The position numbers and the translations under genes are program-made. DNA of 64,000 bases from the NCBI GenBank assembly GCA_964348895.1, contig CAYGEH010000001.1, positions 312,002 to 376,001 on the forward strand, written 5' to 3'. Under the pieces are notes generated by a model, which ran no database searches, was not told the DNA's origin, and was given only the letters and a program-made list of their open reading frames with translations. This DNA is from an uncultured Gammaproteobacteria bacterium. GTDB taxonomy: Bacteria > Patescibacteriota > Microgenomatia > 0-14-0-10-38-17. This document shows positions 56,110 through 64,000 of this stretch, one piece after another (the stretch's first letter is position 1; each line of letters opens with the position of its first letter).

Positions 56110-58041
56110 TTAGGTTATATTTAATTCTTCTCCAGCAAAGGTTCCAAGAATAGGGTGTTTTCTAAGAAGACCTGTGTCGAAGTTCCTAAACAACGATTGA
56201 AAGGCCGATCGATCTTGATCGTTTTCAAATGGAGCCGTAGCCCTTCTTAGGTTGGGATTTTTTACTCCTCCACGACTAGCATAAACTGCCCAAACTTTTA
56301 AGTTGTGATGCTGTTTTTCGCTCAGTCTTCCTCCGTGCTCTGATCTTAGCTTCAATCTAACAAATATATCCATTAACGGTCTTGTCCATTCCGTTATTTT
56401 AACTTCTTCAAGTGGAGCCTCACCCGCAAAATATGCATTTAGCTGGTTAGCCTTATTAAGAACGACCGTTTGATAGTTTGTTTTCCAAGGATCTTTTTGA
56501 ACCCTGTTCCAGTTAATTCTTTCTCCGTTTATTAGTTTAGACAAAAGACTTTCTCTTTCCCCCTCCTCTCCATATGTTTCCCAAAAACTTTGCATCGTCG
56601 TGACAGGATAACATTCAGGAACAGAAACTAAAACTCTTCCCTTCCAGTCCCTATGTTTCCAAAATTCCGACGGAGAAGATGCCCCCATAAAAATAAATTC
56701 TGCTGATCTTTGGCTTTGAGCGTTTCTAATTCTGTTCATTTGTAACACCCCCCAGCGACCAAAAGCTCCTCGCGCCTGATCTCCTTGTGCCTTGCTTTCA
56801 AACTTTTCCAAAGGATGAAAAACTGCCCTTAAGTCATCGGAGCAAATTGCTGACGCCAAACTACCGTGTCTTTCTCTTAAAAAACCACTTTCTTCTCTTT
56901 CCTCCAAACTTCGTTCTTTCCAAAAATCATATCTTGAATCAACTGACTCAACTAAGTTTGAAACAAAAATCCAATTCCAAGCAATAGCGTCAGCCCCTTT
57001 GATTCTAATCCGCAGTTGTTGTCGCTCTTGTTCGTTCATAGCCGCTTCCATTTCTCTTGTAACACCAAAAACATTTCTTTTTAGATAATGTTGAAGATTC
57101 ACCCTAAACTCTTTGAGCTCTTTACCACTTTCACATTCCACTAAAGATTTTCTTAGGGTTATTTCTTTCCCATCATCAGCTTTCCCTTCAATTTCAATTC
57201 TGCCTAAAATCGCTCTTGTATACCACTCAAGCCCTTCTTTTACTCCTTCAATGTTGTAAAGTAGTTCCATATCCTCAGAGGAAAGATCAATTAGGTCTTG
57301 ATTTTCTACTAGTTTTTCTGTGTTAGCAGAGTAAATTTTTTTCCAATAAGCCGCTCGAGCCAATCTCCAACGAACCTCCCATTCCTCACGCTCTTCGGAA
57401 GAAAGGCTAGTGTAAAAACCTGGCTCTATGTTCGGAGTAAAACGAGCATAAAACTCTTGTTGCCACTCTACATCTACCCATCGCTCTTGTTCGTCTTCTG
57501 GTGAAAGCCGAGGTCTTGTTATTCTGTCGATAAGAAGATTATAAGCTTGTATGCTTATTTCGTTAGCTCTCATCATTTCTTCTATTTGTAAACGAAAAAG
57601 CTCTTTCATCTCTTTCCTTTCTGGTGTTTCTGTTGATATAGAAGGAGAGATAGATGTTCTTTCTCCAGGCTGTTTTGTCGTTAAGAACCCCCTGTGTTCC
57701 TCTAGTTTTAACACCAGCTCCATCCATTGTGCCCACTCACCACTCTCTTCTGTAAGCGTTCCTTGGTCGCACAGATCGTTGCCGATATTTATTAACTTTG
57801 TTAATCCTTCTGGCGTTTTCCCAGCATAACTCATCGCCCTTCTTGCCAATTCAACAAGCTCTATTTTTTCAACTATTGCTGGAACTACCAGGTCTTCGCC
57901 TTGTTCGTTTTTAACAACTCTAGGTTCAATCAAACCACGAATACTCCTGTTAAAAGCCTCTTGAGGGCTTTCAATATTTTGTTCTGGTCCCATCACTAAC
58001 CTTTGTTCTGGTCCTGACATACCCTGTTCTCCTTCTGTCAT
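56110..58041 (-). CDS. hypothetical soluble acidic protein (643 aa), opposite strand within T4SS-like cluster
   Basis: long ORF with visibly higher G+C and Glu/Arg/Trp-rich composition than neighbours; no homology recognised. Confidence 0.5.
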   Translation of the reverse strand: MTEGEQGMSGPEQRLVMGPEQNIESPQEAFNRSIRGLIEPRVVKNEQGEDLVVPAIVEKIELVELARRAMSYAGKTPEGLTKLINIGNDLCDQGTLTEESGEWAQWMELVLKLEEHRGFLTTKQPGERTSISPSISTETPERKEMKELFRLQIEEMMRANEISIQAYNLLIDRITRPRLSPEDEQERWVDVEWQQEFYARFTPNIEPGFYTSLSSEEREEWEVRWRLARAAYWKKIYSANTEKLVENQDLIDLSSEDMELLYNIEGVKEGLEWYTRAILGRIEIEGKADDGKEITLRKSLVECESGKELKEFRVNLQHYLKRNVFGVTREMEAAMNEQERQQLRIRIKGADAIAWNWIFVSNLVESVDSRYDFWKERSLEEREESGFLRERHGSLASAICSDDLRAVFHPLEKFESKAQGDQARGAFGRWGVLQMNRIRNAQSQRSAEFIFMGASSPSEFWKHRDWKGRVLVSVPECYPVTTMQSFWETYGEEGERESLLSKLINGERINWNRVQKDPWKTNYQTVVLNKANQLNAYFAGEAPLEEVKITEWTRPLMDIFVRLKLRSEHGGRLSEKQHHNLKVWAVYASRGGVKNPNLRRATAPFENDQDRSAFQSLFRNFDTGLLRKHPILGTFAGEELNIT

Positions 58042-58210
58042 ATGCTTGCTTCTCCCTTAAACTTATTATTACAAGAAAAAGAGAGAATAGTCAAACACAA
58101 AACTAATAATAATTAATATTATAAGACATAATGGTGTTTTTTGTCTAGAGACCATTTAAGATTGCATCAGGTTTTAGTTTGTTGTAAGCTTAAAAAAATA
58201 AGGTTCTTTA

Positions 58211-59064
58211 TGAAACAGCATCCAGTTCCCCAACACATTTCTTCTTATCGGTTTCGCCTAGTAGGAGAAATGACTCTCGAGCAGTTTGCTAAAGTGGCAG
58301 CTGGTTGTATTATTGCTCTTGTTTTTTACGCCCTGCCTCTGCCGGGATTAATTAAATGGTTGTTTATTATAATCTCTGCCTCTACTGGGGCTATGCTTGC
58401 CTTTGTTCCCTTTGAGGGTCGCCCAATAGAGGTTTGGATTGTTTCTTTCATTAAGTCAATCTATTCTCCAACTGAGTATGTTTGGCAGAAAACAGCGATT
58501 GAGTTTCCTTTTACTAAAATTAAAAAGAAAACAGACTCTTTGGCAGAGCAACCACCCCAAAAAGAGACGACCCGCTCGCTTTCTGTTAAAGAGCTCGCCC
58601 TTATTCAAGCCCTGTCAGACAATAAATCTTTTTACAGCCAAGAAGAGTTGAATCAAACTCAACAACTTTTGGCTCTTTTTCAATCAACCGCCACCACCAA
58701 TCAACCTCCAGTTAAAGAATATTCTTTGGTAAAAGAACCCCCTAAAAAAGAGGCTAAATTCAGCCAAGACCTTCCTTTTCCCAATGCTCCAGACCAACCA
58801 AACATTCTGGTCGGCATGGTAATCGATAAGAATAATAAAATTGTTGAAGGGGCAATTATTGAAATTAAAGATGGCAACAACGAGACTGTGCGAGCAATGA
58901 GAACTAATAAACTTGGTCAATTTCGGACCGTTTCTCCTCTTCCTGACGGCCAATATCAAATTAACACCGAAGGTCTTAATCTTAGGTTTGATATAATAAA
59001 AATCCAACTTAATGGCGAAATTGTCCAGCCAATTGAAATCAGAGAAAACGAAGTCGATAATTAA
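58211..59064 (+). CDS. membrane protein with C-terminal carboxypeptidase-regulatory-like beta-sandwich domain
   Basis: Start taken at Met with AAGG 6 nt upstream (ORF track start 58141); two TM helices; C-terminal ILVGMVIDKNNKIVEGAIIEIKDGNNETV...DGQYQI pattern. Confidence 0.45.
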
Positions 59065-59158
59065 AGACCATGTCTTTGAGAATTAATTATTAAAAAAGCA
59101 AGACTTACAATCTCTTTTAACGATATATTCTAATTTTTTTTAATTTAAAACTGCCAGC

Positions 59159-59866
59159 ATGTCTGTCACGCCAATTCGTTCGTCTACCCAAGAGGCTCTG
59201 CCGATTGAAGATATTCGTGAGGATTTAATTATTTTAAAAGACGGTTCGGCCGCATTAGTTCTTCAAGTTAATGCCATTAACTTTAGTTTATTATCAGAAC
59301 AAGAACAAGATGCTATTATTTATGCTTATGCTGGATTATTAAACTCTCTTAATTTTTCCGTGCAAATTATAGTCCGTTCTCAAAAGAAAGACATTACTGG
59401 CTATTTATCTTTACTAGAAAAAGCCAAGGTCGAGCAAAACAACCCTCTGTTAAAAGCTTTAATTAACAAGTATCAGGCCTTTATTCGAGAAACAGTTACT
59501 CAGACAGAAATTTTAGATAAAAAATTTTATTTAGTCATTCCCTTTTCCTCGCTTGAATTAGGAGTTGGTCAGGCTGCCTCCAGTGTTTTAAGCCAGTTCT
59601 CGCCTCTTAAAAGCAGAAAGAAAACAAACAATACTCTTAATGTTGACTTGGTGGTCGAAAAAGCTAAAACTAGTTTGGAGCCAAAAAGAGACCATCTTAT
59701 TCGACTACTTGGACGCATTGGTTTAGTGGCCCAACAACTAAACACCAACGAACTTCTTCGGCTATTCTTTAGAATTTATAATCCTGACGCCAAAATTATT
59801 GATCACGCCCTCACCAAAGAATATACCGATCCTGTTATCAAAAACAATAATCCTGTTCTTAAATAA
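59159..59866 (+). CDS. T4SS-associated protein (VirB4 N-terminal-domain-like / VirB3-position protein), tentative
   Basis: 235 aa; stop TAA followed by AG then VirB4 ATG; IEDIREDLIILKDGSAALVLQVNAINFSLLSEQEQ resembles N-terminal segments of Gram-positive VirB4-type proteins as recalled. Confidence 0.4.
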   Translation: MSVTPIRSSTQEALPIEDIREDLIILKDGSAALVLQVNAINFSLLSEQEQDAIIYAYAGLLNSLNFSVQIIVRSQKKDITGYLSLLEKAKVEQNNPLLKALINKYQAFIRETVTQTEILDKKFYLVIPFSSLELGVGQAASSVLSQFSPLKSRKKTNNTLNVDLVVEKAKTSLEPKRDHLIRLLGRIGLVAQQLNTNELLRLFFRIYNPDAKIIDHALTKEYTDPVIKNNNPVLK

Positions 59867-59868
59867 AG

Positions 59869-61791
59869 ATGATTAGTCTAAAAAACCTAACAAAGAGGGG
59901 AAAGAAAGAGAAGACAGCTCCTGCCCCCGCCCAGAAACAGCGTGATTTAGGCGAAGGAGTCACAACTATTAAAGACTTGCTTGCTCCATCGGCAATTGAG
60001 GTTGATTTTAATCATTTAAGGATTGACAATAAATACTTTCGCTCTCTTTTTGTGGCTGGTTACCCTCGGTTTGTTAATGCCAATTGGCTGGCACCACTAA
60101 TTAACTTTGATCATACTCTGGACATTGCTATGTTTATCTATCCCGTTGACATTAAGGGTACTCTTGATGATTTGAGAAGAAAAATTGCCGAAATGGAAGC
60201 TGAAATCGCCACTGATATTCAAAGGGGCAAGGTTATTGATCCTTCCACTAAAGCAAAGCTAGAAGACGCTCTGGGTCTTCAAGAGCAGCTAACCAAGGGG
60301 GTTGAGCGTTTTTTTCAATTTGGGCTTTATTTGACTGTTCCTGGCAATAGCGTTAAAGAGCTTGATGAAACAACTAAGGAAATTAAGTCTACCCTTGGTT
60401 CGTTAATGATTATTGCCAAAGACGCCTCTCTTCAAATGGAAGAAGGTTTTCAGGCCACGCTCCCAATTGGCACTGGTAAACTCAATGTTACCAGAAACAT
60501 GGATACCACTTCTTTGGCGACAACCTTTCCTTTCACCTCTTCAGAATTAACCGCCAACGAGGGTATTTTGTACGGCGTTAATCAACATAACGGCTCTTTG
60601 GTTATTTTTGATCGTTTTAATTTAGAAAACGCTAATTCTGTGGTTTTTGGCAAGTCTGGTTCTGGTAAAAGCTATATGATTAAACTCGAGGCCCTAAGAT
60701 CGCTAATGATGGGGGCAGAAACCATCATTATTGATCCAGAAAGTGAATATGAAAAACTATCAGAGGCTGTTGGCGGAGAGTATATTAGTTTTGGTTTCGG
60801 TTCTAGTGCTAAAATTAACCCTTTTGACTTACCCCAGAAATACACGGAGCAAGATGGGGCCTCGTCAGAAAATCGACTCGGTTTTAAACTGCTTTCTCTT
60901 CAGTCTCTTTTTAAAATCATGATGGGCAAAATGGACTCTGATGAAGAGGCGGTTTTGGATCGAGCCTTAGTCGCCACCTATAAAAATAAAGGCATCACTC
61001 CTGATCCGACCAGCCAAAAAGGCGAAGCTCCATTACTAGAGGATCTTTATAAAACTCTTTTGGGAATGGAAACTCCTAAAGCCAAGACCCTGTCTAATCG
61101 TCTAGAAAAGTTTGTTAAAGGGTCTCTTATTGGCATTTTTGATCAACGATCTAATGTTAATTTAAAAAATCCGTTTACTGTTTTTTCTTTAAAAAATGTT
61201 GAGGGTTCACTGCGACCAATTGTAATGTTTATTATTCTTGACTATATTTGGACCAAGGTTCAGGATGATCTTAAAAAAAGGATTGTTATTGTTGATGAAG
61301 CCTGGTATTTAATGCGCCACAAAGATTCGGCTCAATATCTAGAATCAATCGCTAAGCGAGCTCGAAAATACTATTTGGGTCTAACCACCATCACCCAGGA
61401 CGCTCCTGACTTTTTAGCCTCTCCTTATGGTAAATCAATTATCACTAATTCTTCGATTCAAATTTTAATGAAGCAACACCCAGCGGCAATCGATCAGATC
61501 GGAGAAATCTTTTATTTGTCTCAGGGAGAAAAGAATCTTCTACTTTCCGCTGATATCGGCGAAGGTTTATTTTTTGCTGGCGAAAACCATGTTGCCATCC
61601 AGGTAATTTCTTCGCCTGAAGAACATAAACTAATCAGCACTGATCCTCGAGAAAAGTCGATTGGAGTTAATATTCCCGAAGAAGGGAGTAAGGAACCCCA
61701 AGACCAAGAAGTAAAAAACATTGATCAAATTAACATTCCCAAGCCCTCAGCGCCAATAAATAGCGAGGAGGGAGTAAGTAGTCCTTTATAG
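59869..61791 (+). CDS. virB4: VirB4/TrbE-family T4SS ATPase
   Basis: Walker A VVFGKSGSGKSY, Walker B RIVIVDEAWYLM, upstream FRSLFVAGYPRFV...IIDPESEY layout typical of Gram-positive-type VirB4. Confidence 0.85.
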   Translation: MISLKNLTKRGKKEKTAPAPAQKQRDLGEGVTTIKDLLAPSAIEVDFNHLRIDNKYFRSLFVAGYPRFVNANWLAPLINFDHTLDIAMFIYPVDIKGTLDDLRRKIAEMEAEIATDIQRGKVIDPSTKAKLEDALGLQEQLTKGVERFFQFGLYLTVPGNSVKELDETTKEIKSTLGSLMIIAKDASLQMEEGFQATLPIGTGKLNVTRNMDTTSLATTFPFTSSELTANEGILYGVNQHNGSLVIFDRFNLENANSVVFGKSGSGKSYMIKLEALRSLMMGAETIIIDPESEYEKLSEAVGGEYISFGFGSSAKINPFDLPQKYTEQDGASSENRLGFKLLSLQSLFKIMMGKMDSDEEAVLDRALVATYKNKGITPDPTSQKGEAPLLEDLYKTLLGMETPKAKTLSNRLEKFVKGSLIGIFDQRSNVNLKNPFTVFSLKNVEGSLRPIVMFIILDYIWTKVQDDLKKRIVIVDEAWYLMRHKDSAQYLESIAKRARKYYLGLTTITQDAPDFLASPYGKSIITNSSIQILMKQHPAAIDQIGEIFYLSQGEKNLLLSADIGEGLFFAGENHVAIQVISSPEEHKLISTDPREKSIGVNIPEEGSKEPQDQEVKNIDQINIPKPSAPINSEEGVSSPL

Positions 61792-61817
61792 TTTCTAAAG
61801 AACTAAAGTTTTCTAAT

Positions 61818-64000
61818 GGCAACAGTCGACAATAAAAAATTAATTCTCTCTAAAGAATCTGCTCAGTTTCTCCTTGAGGGTTTGAGATTTTTTCAAAACA
61901 ATCCTCAGGCAAGAGAGTGGCACAATTTAGATAAAAACACTTTTTTACTTCTTGCCCGCGATATCGCTCAGTTCTACCCTGACGAACAGGAGACTTTAGG
62001 TGAATATTTAGTTCGCTTTGAATTTTTTTTACGAAGAGTTGTTAACAATGAAGAACTTGCCCCTTCCCTTCCTCAAAACCTAAAAGAACTTGTTGCCGCT
62101 TTTGAGATCTTTCAAAAAGAAAAAAACGCTAAAACAAAGGCAGAAGGAATTGATCTTCCCACTACTCAAGATATTAACCTTGAAGACTGGATTAAGTTTT
62201 TACAAGAAAAACATACTATCCAAAGAGTTGAAAAAGAAATAAGGGAAAACCCTGTTTTTGTAAGTCTACCAAAGCAGCAAGAAGAAGGTTTAAGAAAAGC
62301 TCTTGTTAAAAGAATTGCCAGTGTTGTTCCCCGATCTGCTGTTCCCAGCCAAGAAGAAGAAGTGGTCGCCACCGAAGAAATTAACAATATCCTTAATCAA
62401 GGTATAGTAGGATTAACCCTAGAAGGAAGGGATCCTCTTGTCAAACAAATCTCTGAACAAATTAGGTTTCTTACGGTTCCACCTGAAGAAGAACAACCAC
62501 TATCTCCAGCAGAGCAAGTCTTAACCCAAGCCGTTACCAGGACAATAAAAAACAAAACCCCCATAAAAGAACCTGAGCAGGTCTTGCAAGTGGCTGAAGC
62601 AATTACTCGAACTCTAGCCCAAAAAACCCCAAGACTAACCGAGCAAAAAGAGAATCTTTTATCCGAAATAGAAAGATTTTCCCTGACAGAACAGGTAATT
62701 AACGCTTCTTTGCCAGAAATTGTTGAGCTATTTACTCACCCCACCACCACAACCACTCCTAATCTAAGTCCAGAAGAGTCTCAAGACTTTCTTCAAGAGC
62801 TAACTAAAGAAACGGCCCAACCCTTGCTTTCCCTTTCTGTTCTGCTGGGAGAAGAAGCAAGAGTCGATTCTCTTCATCTCCCTAAAGCAAGAAGAAACCA
62901 AGAAGGTTTGGTCTTTTCTCAAGTCAGCGAAAACCCTTTATTAATATATCAACTTGCTCCTGAAGAAGGCCAAACTCCGCTTGCCGCTCAGATGCGCCAA
63001 GTAGTCGATCATCACGGTTTTAATTCAAAGTCAGCCGAAGTCCTTAGTTATCAAAATGAAGAGGTTTCTGGCTTAATTAACAACCTAACTGGAAAAACAA
63101 GCCTTTGGTGGCAAAATCAAATTAATTTATTCCGAGCCAAAGGCGAAAACCAAAATCTGGTCGAGCAAGCAGTTAAGGGGTTTAATTTTCAAATCAGATT
63201 TGAAAGAAATTTTCCTCAGTTAAATGGTTTTTATCACCAGGCAGTTAGTTGGGCTAAACCACAGCAATTGCTTAGTCGAATTACTCATCCTGCTTTTGGC
63301 CCTCTCAAAACCAAGATTGGAGATTGGTGGCAAAACACCGCCCTGGCCAAAAGAATTGCCCAAAGCGCAAAATCTAAGAGCCTCCTTTTTTTAAAAAAAA
63401 CCCTGGGTTCTTTTAATTTCTTTGGAACTGGAGCTAGGAAAGGTCTTCAAGTAATGGCAAAAAAGGGCGCAATCAAAGCAGTTGGTTTGTTGGCAAAAAA
63501 ACTTGCTGCTACTAAGATAGGAGCTCTCCTTGGTTCGATTGCTCCAGGAGTGGGTAATCTTATTGGCGCAGTTGCTGGGTTTGGTTTTGATTTGATCAAG
63601 GGAGGGCTTGGTTTTTTTTCTCGGTTCTTACAAAAAGTCAGTGGCGGTGAAACTGAAGCTGAAGAAACAATTAAGGCTAGTTTTGGTCCTTTAGGTAAGG
63701 TCGCTCTTTCTCCAATCGTTTTGATTATTGTTGGAATGCCAGTCTTAATCTTTTCTTTAACTTTAGGGCTGTTTCAGTTTGAGGGAAGTGCTCTTGTGGT
63801 TGGCGACGAAGAAATTATTTCTGGAATACCCTTTTCTCAGCTACCAACAAAAGAGCCTCTTCCTGATAGCCATTTTGCTGAGTGGCTGGCGGCCATCTTA
63901 CAAGAATGTCCTGCTACTGGGCCAAACGGATATATTAACAGAAGAAATTTTCCTGAGGTAGCCAAATGTTTGGCCAACGCAGGGGTCAGTGAAAATGTGA
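61818..64000 (+). CDS. large hypothetical protein with C-terminal TM segments (partial; continues beyond window end)
   Basis: ATG at 61818, open to the window end; soluble ~480-aa N-region then glycine-rich hydrophobic helices (AVGLLAKKLAATKIGALLGSIAPGVGNLIGAVAGFGF). Confidence 0.5.

Overview
This 64-kb window reads as a chromosomal segment of an AT-rich, small-genome bacterium. TGA, TAA and TAG all act as stops. The gene content suggests a Candidate Phyla Radiation (Patescibacteria) lineage: a Gram-positive/CPR-style type IV secretion-like cluster with many tandem VirB2/TrbC-like pilins, a dnaG-rpoD macromolecular-synthesis pair, smpB plus tmRNA, and many small membrane proteins. That lineage call is an inference from the sequence, not a database hit.

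From left to right the window contains:
- A partial P-type ATPase, signal peptidase I with extra domains, and a CaCA antiporter.
- An accessory island of about 8.7 kb, comprising the HTH-Res-Mod Type III restriction-modification operon, a terminator, and then a separate three-gene cassette. The cassette encodes a membrane protein and two proteins carrying RNxxxH (HEPN-like) motifs. The island ends in a serine-recombinase remnant that reads into tRNA-Asn.
- dnaG, rpoD, a RecD-like helicase, an iron-sulfur flavoprotein, and an operon encoding a transglutaminase-like/TPR protein.
- A tRNA-Ser/Arg/Ser hotspot carrying an intact large serine recombinase that reads into tRNA-Ser(GCT). The recombinase is embedded in interleaved long inverted repeats of 87, 28 and 110 bp. 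The 110-bp pair also flanks a two-gene cassette encoding an XRE HTH and a secreted protein.
- A second paralogous secreted-protein locus beside another tRNA cluster (Ser-Arg, Nudix, Ser), with a decayed copy of the same HTH.
- A radical-SAM/SPASM cluster that looks RiPP-like, then folC, comF, smpB and tmRNA.
- A cell-envelope block including a SpoIID-like protein, followed by a T4SS-like locus. That locus has a pilin-domain fusion, seven tandem pilin paralogs, a Cys-rich secreted protein, a VirB6-like protein, a compositionally distinct reverse-strand gene, VirB4, and a large partial membrane protein.

No rRNA, CRISPR array or recognisable transposase was seen. The most novel-looking candidates are the HEPN-motif cassette beside the restriction-modification system and the recombinase/inverted-repeat element at tRNA-Ser. 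All functional calls rest on motifs recognised by eye; no searches were run.
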